In this document: one piece after another, positions 1 through 10,835 of the stretch
How positions within the stretch are numbered: the first letter of the stretch is position 1
How the letters are laid out: every line of letters begins with the position of its first letter
Origin: Methanobacteriota archaeon
Lineage (GTDB): Archaea; Halobacteriota; Syntropharchaeia; Alkanophagales; Methanospirareceae
Reading direction: 5' to 3'
DNA length: 48,751 nucleotides
Assembly: GCA_034660015.1 (NCBI GenBank)
Contig: JAYEII010000013.1
Coordinates: forward strand, 1 to 48,751
The notes under the pieces: generated by a model
What the model was told of the DNA's origin: nothing
Databases searched by the model: none
What the model saw: only the letters and a program-made list of their open reading frames with translations
Program-made: the position numbers and the translations under genes

Positions 1-221
1 CGTTTCTCATCCATTGGATGTGAAAAAAATATAAAAATGTGATTGTTTAAGATTGAAAGTTATATGCTCTCGGCGTGTTAGCATCGCCAACTTTGGTTTT
101 GTGCTGTCTTTAAGTTTACGGGAATGCCCCTCCACCATACCACCACAGAAGAGGAATATACGAACCTATAATCCCAAAAATGCTTCCGAGTATCGCACCA
201 ATTTTCCATTTTTTCATTGCA

Positions 222-1187
222 TCATCTCTTAACTTTACCTTCTCTCTCCTTCCTTAATTTTGGCATCAACTTCGTTTTGACCAGCCACCCGAACCCAACC
301 AGAATTAATATCGGCAATGCGTAGCCAACGAGGATTATCAACCCTCGTATCGCCGACACAAACCCTCCGAACGCAGAACGAAGAGCATCCCTTATCCCCC
401 AGCTATGCGTTATCGGCTCCGGCTCATACAACGAAACCGAAATCGTGGCAAGCTCGACACGGTTCTCGAGATACTTTATCCGCCCGGTAAGCCGTTCGAT
501 TTCGGTTCGCACTCGCCATATTTCGCGTTCAACCTCAAGAACTTCCTTTGTATTATTAGCCATGTCCAGAATCTCCAGTAACCTCTGCTCCTGTCGCTCG
601 GAATTGTTAAGTCTCGCCGTCAAATCAATATATTCTTCCGTAACGTCTTCCCCTGATGTGCTTTTTGATTTTACATCGCCGAGATGCTCTATCTCAGCAA
701 TAACCACGAGAAACGTATCCGTTGGTACCCTGATAATAATATCCCCTCTCTTACGTCCTGTACCTGTGACATGCATATGCGAATCGGAAATAAACCCATT
801 TGACCGTTCTACAATACCAATAACTGCCTCAGAGCTCGATTGGAAGTCTTTTACTTCGATGCACAATGAAGCACGTTGAATTATCTTTCTCTCGGTATCT
901 GTACCGGTATATCGTGATTCTGACATTCCAACTGACACTGTTTTTTCCGCATATTCTCTTGACATTGCTGCTTCTGGCGCGGCCCGCGGTACGGGCGTGG
1001 GCATTGGCATTGGCATTGGAGGCTCTGGTGGTAGTGCGAATCCGCCACCTTCGCCCATTGGATACCCTTTCTGTTGTGAATAATCGGTCGGTCCTGCTAA
1101 ATACGGCAATGTAGAGACCAGAAAACCTGCTGAAGCTGCTAATATACAAAGCACAACGACAACCACTACTTTGGTGTGTTTTTCCAT
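222..1187 (-). CDS. DUF4349-domain membrane-anchored protein
   Basis: N-terminal TM, Pro-rich linker, RKIIQRASL..IRVP..S.EDVTEEYIDL.ARL coiled-coil pattern and C-terminal TM typical of DUF4349. Confidence 0.8.
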   Translation of the reverse strand: MEKHTKVVVVVVLCILAASAGFLVSTLPYLAGPTDYSQQKGYPMGEGGGFALPPEPPMPMPMPTPVPRAAPEAAMSREYAEKTVSVGMSESRYTGTDTERKIIQRASLCIEVKDFQSSSEAVIGIVERSNGFISDSHMHVTGTGRKRGDIIIRVPTDTFLVVIAEIEHLGDVKSKSTSGEDVTEEYIDLTARLNNSERQEQRLLEILDMANNTKEVLEVEREIWRVRTEIERLTGRIKYLENRVELATISVSLYEPEPITHSWGIRDALRSAFGGFVSAIRGLIILVGYALPILILVGFGWLVKTKLMPKLRKEREGKVKR

Positions 1188-1204
1188 TTTTGTTTTATCT
1201 CGAA

Positions 1205-1290
1205 AATACCCTGTGGCTTGCCACAGGGTTGCAGCCGTAGCGGTTGGTGTATGGACATTGATACCCTGCGGCTTGCCGCAGGGTTCTTCA
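1205..1290 (+). mobile_element. Short non-coding element with two GC hairpins, resembling an IS200/IS605-derived PATE
   Basis: ACCCTGTGG-CTTG-CCACAGGGT (1208-1229) and ACCCTGCGG-CTTG-CCGCAGGGT (1263-1284), followed by TCTTCA; no transposase in the window. Confidence 0.55.
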
Positions 1291-1363
1291 TTACCTGAAA
1301 CTCCAGTTTGTTTTTTACCCTTTATAAGCTTTTCGATAGCTACGAATCAAGCTGTAGTTATCA

Positions 1364-2587
1364 TCATTCATACCTCAACGCCTCAAGAGGTCTCATCCTT
1401 GCAGCCTTATAAGCCGGGTAAATCCCTGACACGATTCCAACGGCGAGTGCAACACCCAATCCAATGAATACCCATTCTATTGGTGTAACCGGAGGAGGCA
1501 AAGGCAAATTGATCATGGGAATTAACCTGCAAAAGCCAACACCAAGAGCAACACCAAAAGCTCCACCAATCAATCCAAGCATGCCTGACTCAACCAAGAA
1601 TACCATCAAAACATCGAACCTCGTTGCACCAACCGCTTTCATCAGCCCCACCTCCCTCGTGCGTTCTGTCACGGTTACGAGCATAATGTTCATTATCCCG
1701 ATAGACCCGACCAATAACGAAATAAAGGCGATAGCAAGTAGTATGCTGTTCAAAAAGCCCGTTGATTTTTGTATCATCTCTAAGATCTCTTTCTGTTTCA
1801 TGATAGTATATGGCGGCTCAATTGTCGAAATTTTCATGACACCAAGAAGGCGGTCCAAACGGTCTTCTATATCCTCTGTAACCTCATCCACTTTGTCCAT
1901 GCTCTCAGCGGAGGCAAAAATAGCATAGCCACTTTTATCCAGCATTTCGCTCAGCGTTGATTCCGGAATAAATATCTGCTCGTCTGGATGAAAGCTATAC
2001 TGCATACCCATAGGGAGAGCGGATGAGTCTTTTATTATTCCCTTTACCAGGAATGTCTCAGTGCACTCCTCGCCGTTTGAGCGCGTTACCGTGATCTCGA
2101 TCGGACTGCGAACAGATATATTTCTGCTGAATATATCCCTATTATGTGCGACATCGTATCCAAGCACTGCGGCATAAGTGTCCTGGTCTGAGAGGAAATC
2201 ACCTTCTTCTAATTCCAGGTTGCAAACCTGCTGATACTCTTTGGTAACACCAGATACCATCAACCGCTTTGTTTCCGACATAAATCTTACCCTTTCGTAT
2301 TTCCATCTGTTTACATATGGAGATGCTTCTACTACGCCTGGAGTACCCCTTACAGCATCCAGCTCTCTGTCATTCAGTGCGCCTTCTTCCTGAGGAATAA
2401 TCATGATAAGGTTTGACCCCATACCCGCAACTGCTTCTTCCCAATATACCTGAAAGCCCGTTCCAATCGAGACATTTGCGATTACGGCTGCCACCGCTAT
2501 CAGTATGCCAAGCGAGGTCAAAAAAGACCTCGCCTTCGAACTCCCGATGCTTTCAAATGCGGTAATAAAAGGCTCTATCGGATCCAT
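1364..2587 (-). CDS. ABC exporter permease, MacB/FtsX family
   Basis: RSFLTSLGILIAV N-terminal TM; GIMNIMLVTVTERTREVGLMKAVGA; GIYPAYKAARMRPLEALRYE. Confidence 0.93.
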   Translation of the reverse strand: MDPIEPFITAFESIGSSKARSFLTSLGILIAVAAVIANVSIGTGFQVYWEEAVAGMGSNLIMIIPQEEGALNDRELDAVRGTPGVVEASPYVNRWKYERVRFMSETKRLMVSGVTKEYQQVCNLELEEGDFLSDQDTYAAVLGYDVAHNRDIFSRNISVRSPIEITVTRSNGEECTETFLVKGIIKDSSALPMGMQYSFHPDEQIFIPESTLSEMLDKSGYAIFASAESMDKVDEVTEDIEDRLDRLLGVMKISTIEPPYTIMKQKEILEMIQKSTGFLNSILLAIAFISLLVGSIGIMNIMLVTVTERTREVGLMKAVGATRFDVLMVFLVESGMLGLIGGAFGVALGVGFCRLIPMINLPLPPPVTPIEWVFIGLGVALAVGIVSGIYPAYKAARMRPLEALRYE

Positions 2588-3847
2588 TTACACCTCCCTC
2601 TTTCGTCTCCTGATGTAAAGAACTGTCCCAAGTGCAATAATTACGAGGATTACAACGATTGGAATAATGAATCCTCCAGAAAGTGATGTGCTTGTTTTTG
2701 CTGCATCCATCGCTGCCGCATTCAATGTGAGTGTACAGACATCCGATTCCTGGTAGCCATTTGCATCCTTGTAGATTACCTTGAAAACGAGATTATTTAC
2801 GCCGGTTTTCATGTTTGACGTATCAATCTTAAATTGTGCCGTGTATAGGTCGCCCGGTCTCATATTGCCTATGTAATATTCTGATGGCTGATATAGCAGT
2901 TCTTCCGTCATTGGAACGACAATGGCAGACTTTGCCTCGTCTGACCGCGTGTTCACGGTGTCCAACTCTATCTCTACCATTTCGCCTATTATTATAGACG
3001 ACGGGAACTTTGATGCGATCAATCTCACACCATAACCATGCACGACCTCTATCGGTATCTTACAATAGGATTCGTGATTATTGTCTCCATTTTTGTATTC
3101 GACCTTAAATTCTATCTCATTTTCACCTTGGTCGAAAGAATCACCAATAGCGATGTCAAAGCTTGCATTTACCAATTCATCCGGCTCCATCGTGCCGATA
3201 GGGAATTCTGAAGGTGAAAACTTCACGCCTTTCGTCATCGGAACGAGCCTGACAGCCTCAATTTTATTCTGTCTCGTATTAAACACCGTCAAACCGACCG
3301 TAGTAATTTCTCCCATTGTGACAGAAGAGGGCGCATCGGCAGATATTTTCACGTCTGAAGAGGCGACTTTCACAGGAATTGGGAATCTCACATTTTCGCC
3401 CTTCTCCACTTCTATGCATACTTCAGGGAAGTAAGTGCCATCACTGGTATGAGCGGCGGCTTTTATCGGTAAAGAGATTGTAATACTTTCACCGGGTCCT
3501 AAAGCCCCTATGTTGTAGTACTCTGAGCGTTGAACGCCTTCTCGCAACCATTCTATGTCCCTGCTTCTACTACTCAGCCGTATAGTTTCTATTTCTGCGC
3601 GTATCGTTGATGTTGCCGTAGTAGAAGATTCATAACTCGTAGTCTTCGTCGTCGTTGTCTCCGTCTCTGAGGACTGGGTGTCCCTATTTTGTATTGTTAC
3701 CGTAATAGTGCCGGTATCACCGGGCATCAATACCTCTGGATACACGTTATAATCCGTTATCATCACCGTAGGTCTCGGCTCTGCAGCAGCCGGATAAAAT
3801 AACATCGTAAAAAACATCAATGTGATTAAAACTGCTCTAATTCTCAA
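2588..3847 (-). CDS. COG1361 S-layer-domain accessory protein of ABC exporter
   Basis: Signal peptide, repeated Ig-like domains (PEVLMPGDTGTITVTI, IG.M.PGD), C-terminal TM with basic tail; lies between ATPase and permease. Confidence 0.8.
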   Translation of the reverse strand: MRIRAVLITLMFFTMLFYPAAAEPRPTVMITDYNVYPEVLMPGDTGTITVTIQNRDTQSSETETTTTKTTSYESSTTATSTIRAEIETIRLSSRSRDIEWLREGVQRSEYYNIGALGPGESITISLPIKAAAHTSDGTYFPEVCIEVEKGENVRFPIPVKVASSDVKISADAPSSVTMGEITTVGLTVFNTRQNKIEAVRLVPMTKGVKFSPSEFPIGTMEPDELVNASFDIAIGDSFDQGENEIEFKVEYKNGDNNHESYCKIPIEVVHGYGVRLIASKFPSSIIIGEMVEIELDTVNTRSDEAKSAIVVPMTEELLYQPSEYYIGNMRPGDLYTAQFKIDTSNMKTGVNNLVFKVIYKDANGYQESDVCTLTLNAAAMDAAKTSTSLSGGFIIPIVVILVIIALGTVLYIRRRKREV

Positions 3848-4547
3848 TTATATCACCTCCTTCAATCTTTCCATCCTTCAACCTTATAATCTTCTGCGTA
3901 TGCCTCGCGATGTCTTGATCGTGCGTAACCACGATTATAGTCTTTCCATCCTCATTCAGTTCATCGAATAGTCCCATTATCTCCTCTCCTGCTTTACTGT
4001 CGAGATTCCCGGTTGGTTCATCTGCTAAAAGTATGGTTGGATCGTTGATGAGTGCTCTTGCAATTGCCACACGCTGACATTGACCGCCAGATAATTCGTT
4101 TGGTCTATGACGTAATCTATCTCCAAGTCCAACTTTTTTAAGCAGTGCTTCTGCTTTTCGCTTTCTTTCCCTTCTTGATATATTTTGATACGTCATCGGG
4201 AGTTCGACGTTCTTTTGCGCGCTCGACCTCGGTATCAAGTTGAACGTTTGAAAGACGAAACCTATCTCCCTTCCCCTTAGATGCGCAAGCGCTCTATCTG
4301 ATAAATCGCTTACTCTCTTCTCTTTTATATAAATCTCTCCTCTCGTTGGTCTATCCAAACACCCGATTATATACATCAACGTGGACTTTCCAGAGCCCGA
4401 CGGTCCCATTATCGATACGAACTCACCCGTTTCTATCGAAAAACTCACTCCTCTTAACACCGGGACTTCCATCTTTCCCAATTTATACGTTTTTTCCATG
4501 TTTCTCACCTCAACGGTTTTCATGTTCTTCATCTTCTCCTTTTCCAT
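3837..4547 (-). CDS. ABC transporter ATP-binding protein (LolD/MacB-like)
   Basis: Walker A GPSGSGKS, LSGGQ signature, ILLADEPTGNLD, VTHD. Confidence 0.96.
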   Translation of the reverse strand: MEKEKMKNMKTVEVRNMEKTYKLGKMEVPVLRGVSFSIETGEFVSIMGPSGSGKSTLMYIIGCLDRPTRGEIYIKEKRVSDLSDRALAHLRGREIGFVFQTFNLIPRSSAQKNVELPMTYQNISRRERKRKAEALLKKVGLGDRLRHRPNELSGGQCQRVAIARALINDPTILLADEPTGNLDSKAGEEIMGLFDELNEDGKTIIVVTHDQDIARHTQKIIRLKDGKIEGGDIIEN

Positions 4548-4554
4548 CGTTCTA

Positions 4555-5106
4555 TCACTCTCCTCTTATTATTTTGACATTCATCTGCAGATGTGCAAGG
4601 ATTAGCTTGTAGAATCCTTTTGTTACGTAGAGCAGCACTACCAGGAGTACGTCGCCGATTATGTGGAGCCCTGCCACAACCATCCAGGTTGGGGTGTCGC
4701 CACTGAGTATGGACACACTTGTTGGATATACCAGCATCAGAAACGGCACTGCTATAAAGACCACAGCTACGATGTACGCTGCAAACAGCAGCTCTGCTGC
4801 TATAATTAGCGGTATCAAAACAAAAATCAGGTTGAATAATCCAAGACCCGCGACTGCGAGTGTTGCCCTAAAAATATTCTTTATACCCGGTTCTCTTTTA
4901 GCTCTGGTGATTGCGTATTCCGCCTTTATGGTTTTTGCGAGTGAAGCTGGGTCTCCAAGCGATTTTGCAATCCTTTCTTCTGTTCTGCCTTTTTCCAACC
5001 CAATGCTAAAGTGCTCTTCATAATCGCGCATAACCTCTTTTTTTTCATCCTTTGGGATGCCGGCCAACGCCTTATCCAATTTTTCCATAAATTCTTTCTT
5101 ATTCAT
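4555..5106 (-). CDS. DUF1700/HAAS-domain membrane protein
   Basis: MNKKEFM..L...L..IP..E...DYEEHF..G...G..EE.I...LGDP followed by TMs; downstream of padR; start placed at MNKK. Confidence 0.85.
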   Translation of the reverse strand: MNKKEFMEKLDKALAGIPKDEKKEVMRDYEEHFSIGLEKGRTEERIAKSLGDPASLAKTIKAEYAITRAKREPGIKNIFRATLAVAGLGLFNLIFVLIPLIIAAELLFAAYIVAVVFIAVPFLMLVYPTSVSILSGDTPTWMVVAGLHIIGDVLLVVLLYVTKGFYKLILAHLQMNVKIIRGE

Positions 5107-5440
5107 CTCCCCCACACTCCTCAATCAACTCATTAACACCTTTTGTCAGATCGTTCCAGTCTTTTAACAGGCTTTTTTTGTATTCTATCCCCTGATTGGT
5201 CATTTTATAGTATTTCCTCGGTGGTCCTTCTGAAGATTCCTGTAAATAGGTCGTGAAATAGCCTTCTTTGGTCAATCTCCTTAATAAAGGGTATATCGTC
5301 CCTTCTGAGATTTCTACGTGTCTTGAGATGGTTTCTGCTAATTCATACCCATAACAGTCTTTTTTCGAAAGAATCGCAAATACACACACTTCGATCACCC
5401 CTTTTTTGATTTGTATGTTCACCTTATTTCTCCTCACCAT
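5099..5440 (-). CDS. PadR family transcriptional regulator
   Basis: YGYEL, SEGTIYPLLRRL, GPPRKYY motifs. Confidence 0.93.
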   Translation of the reverse strand: MVRRNKVNIQIKKGVIEVCVFAILSKKDCYGYELAETISRHVEISEGTIYPLLRRLTKEGYFTTYLQESSEGPPRKYYKMTNQGIEYKKSLLKDWNDLTKGVNELIEECGGDE

Positions 5441-5607
5441 CCACAGTACCTTTCAAAGCTTGCTACTATACAGTAAGCAGTACTATACTTTATATAAAAC
5501 TTTCCATTTTGTAAAAATAGTATGGTTTTATATAGGATGAGCACTACAAAGGAACTCTGCCTTCAGGTTCACTTCAACTTTAGTAAGCTACGAACCGAGT
5601 TGAAGTT

Positions 5608-6618
5608 ATGGATACCTTTAAATCAGGCAAAACAAAAGTAAGACCGATGGTTTCGAACGAGAACAATAAGGGGATGGAAGAAAAAGATATGAAACAGGCA
5701 TCCGCTTCGGGAAATTTGGAGGTAATTGGACTGGGCGCGTTGAATTACGATGTTTTATATGCCGTTGAGCGAATAGCGAAAGGAGGCGAGGAGGTAGGGA
5801 TTACGGATGTGAAGAAGGCGCCGGGTGGTTCTGCAGCAAATACAATCGTTGCATTAGCACGGTTAGGCGTTGATACGGGTTTCGTGGGCACGGTAGGTAA
5901 CGATGAAGAAGGCGAACGGATTCTGGAAGACTTCAGGGAAGAAGGGGTGAAGACGAGGATAAAAAAACGTGAAGGTTACACAGGCGCCGCAGTAGCGTTC
6001 GTTGATGCCCGTGGAGAACGAGCACTTTATATTCTTCCCGGCGTGAATGCCCAACTGTGCACAGACGACATAGACCGTGAATTTGTGAACCACACGAAAT
6101 TCCTACACACGAGCTCGTTTGTGAACCGAGAGCAATTGGAAATGCAGCGTGAATTGGCGAAGCGCATATACAACACGGAGACAAAACTCAGTTTTAGTCC
6201 CGGCATGCTCTGTTTCAAATACGAACTTGACGATTTGACCGAGCTAATAGAACGAAGCGAAGTGGTTTTTATCAGTGCTGATGAATTGAAATCGGTGATA
6301 AAAAAGGAGGACTATGAAAGAGGAACTGAACTTCTTTTGGACGCCGGTGCCCGGATTGTCTGTGTGACGCTGGGCGGGAAAGGCTGTTATGTCGCGGATA
6401 GCAGCACAGGAGAATCGCATTTGATAGACGCTTATCCAACGGATGTGGTGGACACGACAGGTGCAGGAGACGCATTCGCAGCAGGATTCTTGTTTGGGTT
6501 GCTGCGCGATAAGAGCCTATACGAAAGTGGAAAGACGGGCAATTTCGTGGCTTCGTTCTGCATACGCGAATATGGCGGTAGAAAAGGATTGCCTTATAAA
6601 AAAAAAAACAGAAAATAA
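5608..6618 (+). CDS. PfkB family carbohydrate/nucleoside kinase
   Basis: GGSAANTIVALARLG and DTTGAGDAFAAGF signatures; true start may be a downstream ATG. Confidence 0.92.
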   Translation: MDTFKSGKTKVRPMVSNENNKGMEEKDMKQASASGNLEVIGLGALNYDVLYAVERIAKGGEEVGITDVKKAPGGSAANTIVALARLGVDTGFVGTVGNDEEGERILEDFREEGVKTRIKKREGYTGAAVAFVDARGERALYILPGVNAQLCTDDIDREFVNHTKFLHTSSFVNREQLEMQRELAKRIYNTETKLSFSPGMLCFKYELDDLTELIERSEVVFISADELKSVIKKEDYERGTELLLDAGARIVCVTLGGKGCYVADSSTGESHLIDAYPTDVVDTTGAGDAFAAGFLFGLLRDKSLYESGKTGNFVASFCIREYGGRKGLPYKKKNRK

Positions 6619-6740
6619 ATTACAGACACAGATTAACGCAGATTAACACAGATGATAAGAATCAACACGATTAAACTAAAATAAATCTGCGTAAATCAGT
6701 GTAAATCTGCGTCTTAAATAGAAGGAAGTTATACTTTACA
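6611..6740 (+). repeat. Repeat family A (about 130 bp hairpin built of 10-bp units)
   Basis: AAATAAATT-GACACAGATTAACGCAGATTAACACAGAT...ATCTGCGTAAATCAGTGTAAATCTGCGTC-TTAAATAGAAGGAAGTTATACTTT. Confidence 0.9.
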
Positions 6741-6807
6741 TGCAATGCTAAAGCAATAAATTCTTATACTCCTAAAGCAAGAAGTTCTTTTAGGAAGGTC
6801 TTATAAA

Positions 6808-8175
6808 ATGAGCGAGAATGTAGGCGTGGGTGAAGGCGAAAGCATAGTACAAAAGGCGCGGATGGCAAACAGCGCTGCGGTTAAATTGGCTAATGCTACA
6901 ACGAATGAGAAGAACCGGGCACTGCACAGGATCGCTGATTTGGTGGACACGAACAGGGAGCGAATACTTGCGGCTAATGATAAGGACGTTGAAGTTGCGT
7001 CGGGGTTAACAAAGGCAGGGAAAATGTCCACATCACTACTCAAAAGGTTGAAATTAGACGGCGCTAAAATAGACGAGATAATAAACAGTGTGCGGGACGT
7101 AGCGAAATTGGATGACCCTGTTGGCAAAACCATGTCGGCGATCGAACTGGATACGGGGCTGGAGCTTTTTCAGGTTTCCTGCCCTATCGGTGTTATCGGT
7201 GCGATATTCGAATCAAGACCGGACGTTCTGGTTCAGATTTCGTCGCTGTGTTTGAAAACCGGCAATGCAGTAATGCTAAAAGGCGGCTCAGAAGCACAGA
7301 ATTCAAACGAAGTACTATTTGACGTGGTTTCGGAAGCTGCATCAGCGACAGAGGGAATACCCGATGGCTGGATTCAACTGCTGGAAACGCGAGAAGAAGT
7401 AAATGAAATGTTGAAACTGAATGAATACATAGACCTTTTGGTGCCGCGTGGCAGCGAACAATTTGTGAAGTATATTCAAAATAACACTAATATAATGGTC
7501 TTAGGGCATTCGGAGGGTGTGTGTCACGTTTATGTTGACCGAGATGCGGACCTGAGTATGGCAGAAGACGTATGCTACGATGCAAAGGTTCAGTATCCTG
7601 CGGTATGCAATGCTGCCGAGACGCTGCTTGTTGATTCTGCAATTGCAAGCGAATTTCTACCGAGGATGGCTGAGCGGTATCTTAAAGCAGGAGTTGAGGT
7701 CAGGGGATGCACAAAAACGCTAAAGGTTTTAGCTACCGATAAATATAAAGTGGAACAAATAAAGCAAGCATCAGAAGCGGACTGGCGTACCGAGTATAAC
7801 GATTTAATCATTTCAATCAAGGTAGTTGATGGTGTGGATGAGGCTATTGAGCACACCAATCGCTACGGTTCGGGACATACGGATGCGATTGTTACCGCGA
7901 ATGAAGAAACAGCGTTAAAATTTATGCGGTTTGTGGATTCATCTTCGGTAATGCATAATGCATCAACACGGTTCAGCGACGGATTCAGATATGGCAAAGG
8001 TGCTGAAGTCGGCATAAGCACGAATAAAGTGCATGCACGGGGTCCTGTCGGATTAGAGGGGTTAGTTATCTATAAGTATCTAATTGTCGGTAAGGGGCAT
8101 GTAGTGGCTCCGTACACAGGTTCTCATGCGAAACCATTTACGCATAAACCCATGTCAAAACAGTTTTCCCTTTAA
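6808..8175 (+). CDS. proA: Gamma-glutamyl phosphate reductase
   Basis: FESRPD, LKGGSEA, PAVCNAAETLL, NASTRFSDG, EVGIST.K.HARGPVGL. Confidence 0.97.
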   Translation: MSENVGVGEGESIVQKARMANSAAVKLANATTNEKNRALHRIADLVDTNRERILAANDKDVEVASGLTKAGKMSTSLLKRLKLDGAKIDEIINSVRDVAKLDDPVGKTMSAIELDTGLELFQVSCPIGVIGAIFESRPDVLVQISSLCLKTGNAVMLKGGSEAQNSNEVLFDVVSEAASATEGIPDGWIQLLETREEVNEMLKLNEYIDLLVPRGSEQFVKYIQNNTNIMVLGHSEGVCHVYVDRDADLSMAEDVCYDAKVQYPAVCNAAETLLVDSAIASEFLPRMAERYLKAGVEVRGCTKTLKVLATDKYKVEQIKQASEADWRTEYNDLIISIKVVDGVDEAIEHTNRYGSGHTDAIVTANEETALKFMRFVDSSSVMHNASTRFSDGFRYGKGAEVGISTNKVHARGPVGLEGLVIYKYLIVGKGHVVAPYTGSHAKPFTHKPMSKQFSL

Positions 8176-8256
8176 GAAATTTAAATATGTGCTTTCATAT
8201 ATTTTGTAATATACTGAAAGTTCAGAAAATCCTGGAAAAGAAGAAAGGAGGGGGAA

Positions 8257-8745
8257 ATGACGGAATCGCCTAAAAATGAATTTATAGAACTTATAGCGGA
8301 AAACAGTAAGGTTAGTGGTCTTGACGAGCTAACATCCAAGATCATCGGTATCCTGTTTATAGAACCGGAAGAAGTCGCTCTCGACGAACTGGCGAATAGA
8401 ACAGGCTATAGCCTATCCGCAGTAAGCACAGCACTGAAGTTTATAGAAAGAGCAGGAATAGTGAAAAGAACAAAGAAGCCAAAATCAAGAAAAGTGTATT
8501 TCTACATGGAAAAGGATATGCAGGCTATATCCTTACAAATCACGAGAAGAAAATACGAAAATATCATATTGCCATCAAAACAAAAACTACCAAGAATAAT
8601 TGTGAAGTATAAACAGGAAAGCACAAAAGAATCGGGAGAGGAGTTAGGGATTGTAGAAAATTATTACAAAGAAGTGTTATTTTTTGAACAAATATTAAAA
8701 GAATTTATTGAGACGTTTGAGCAGTATGGGGTAAACAAAAAATGA
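8257..8745 (+). CDS. GbsR/MarR-type HTH regulator
   Basis: wHTH LDELANRTGYSLSAVSTALK followed by RKVYF; first gene of an ABC operon. Confidence 0.8.
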   Translation: MTESPKNEFIELIAENSKVSGLDELTSKIIGILFIEPEEVALDELANRTGYSLSAVSTALKFIERAGIVKRTKKPKSRKVYFYMEKDMQAISLQITRRKYENIILPSKQKLPRIIVKYKQESTKESGEELGIVENYYKEVLFFEQILKEFIETFEQYGVNKK

Positions 8746-8856
8746 TGAAAAAGGGGGGGGTGTTGTGGAAAAAATGTATAAAAAAATGGTAGAAATGAAA
8801 ATACCAACAGAAGAAGTCGAAAATGTATTTGTTAAAGCAGAAGGAGGTAATATTAT

Positions 8857-10146
8857 ATGATGAGCAAGAAAGACATCCTTGTGATGAGTTTGGCTGTGGT
8901 ATCTCTGCTGCTGCTTGCGACCGCCTCAGTATCCTCAGCCGAAGGTCCTGCCGTTATGATTGTTGAGCATGTGGTGGAGCCTGAAGCCTTGATGCCCGGC
9001 GACACCGGAACTATTACAGTCACGATAAGAAATATGGACACCAAATCATCAGAGACCGAGACAACGACTACTACAACCCTGAGTACCACCTCTTCTACTA
9101 CGACGATATCAACGATAAGCGCAGAAATAGAGACTATACGGCTGAGCAGCAGAAGCAGAGACATAGAATGGTTGAGAGAAGATTTTCAACGCTCTGAATA
9201 CTACAACGTAGGGGCTTTAGGACCTGGGGAAAGCATAACAATCTCTTTACCGATAAAAGCCTCTGCCTATGCCCATGACGGCACTTATTTCCCTGAAGTG
9301 GTCATAGAGGTGGATAAAGGAAAGAATGTACGCTTCCCAGTCAGTGTAAAAGTAGACAGCAGCAGTGTAGAAATACTTGAGAAGGACATACCTTCGGAGA
9401 TTTCGCTCAGCGAGTCAAAGCAGATAGCGATAGTGGTGGCGAATAACAGACCAAATTCAGTGAGTGGTGTGAATGTGCTCGTGAAATCAAAGAGTGATGG
9501 GTTAGAATTCACACCAGAGCGAATATTTATAGGTGATTTGGAAGCGTATGGAAAAAAGGAGGTGAATTTCACGCTTCAAACTTTTAAGAAAAGTTTGATA
9601 GGAAATAAAGAGTTCTCTTTTGTGGTCACCTACAAAAATGGCATCAATTCACATCAAAACGAACTTAAATCGTCTGTATTGGTAAAGAGTATCGCAGATG
9701 TGAAGCTTATCCTGGTGAATGCGCCGGAATTTGTTTTTGAGGGAGACATTGCAAAGATAGACTTTGACGTGGCTAACGGGATGACAAAGGACATTAAAGC
9801 GGTATCCGTGGTGCCCGCGATAGAAGGACTCAGAATACTGCCTTCTGAATATTTCATTGGGGATATGGAAGTAGGTGACGTCTTTTCTGCTTCTTTTGAT
9901 GTTTATACCCGCGATTTGAGTCTCGGAGAGACCACAATACCCTTTACAGTGGTGTTCAAAGATGTTGACACGGATAAGCAATACGAAATGCAAGGTTACG
10001 AGGTGCATGTAGAGGTACGAGAACCGCAGAAGAGTGAGTTACCGAGTCCGGTGCTCTTAGGTGCACTGGTTGTCATTCTTCTCTTAGTCGCTGTGGTTAT
10101 CTGGGTAAGGGTAAAGCGAAAGCGGGGAAGACGTGAGAAGAAATAA
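8857..10146 (+). CDS. COG1361 S-layer-domain accessory protein of ABC exporter
   Basis: Paralog of 2588..3847; signal peptide, Ig-like repeats, C-terminal TM with basic tail. Confidence 0.8.
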   Translation: MMSKKDILVMSLAVVSLLLLATASVSSAEGPAVMIVEHVVEPEALMPGDTGTITVTIRNMDTKSSETETTTTTTLSTTSSTTTISTISAEIETIRLSSRSRDIEWLREDFQRSEYYNVGALGPGESITISLPIKASAYAHDGTYFPEVVIEVDKGKNVRFPVSVKVDSSSVEILEKDIPSEISLSESKQIAIVVANNRPNSVSGVNVLVKSKSDGLEFTPERIFIGDLEAYGKKEVNFTLQTFKKSLIGNKEFSFVVTYKNGINSHQNELKSSVLVKSIADVKLILVNAPEFVFEGDIAKIDFDVANGMTKDIKAVSVVPAIEGLRILPSEYFIGDMEVGDVFSASFDVYTRDLSLGETTIPFTVVFKDVDTDKQYEMQGYEVHVEVREPQKSELPSPVLLGALVVILLLVAVVIWVRVKRKRGRREKK

Positions 10147-10169
10147 CGAGCGAAGGATAAGAATAATAA

Positions 10170-10832
<663 letters not shown>

Positions 10833-10835
10833 GCA

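Noticed and set aside
1171-1467. 98-aa plus-strand ORF
   Set aside because: Reads through the twin hairpins and overlaps real genes in antisense
8753-8760. Poly-G tracts (also near 38033 and 39403) as phase-variation switches
   Set aside because: Only about 8 G, intergenic, and not demonstrably between promoter elements
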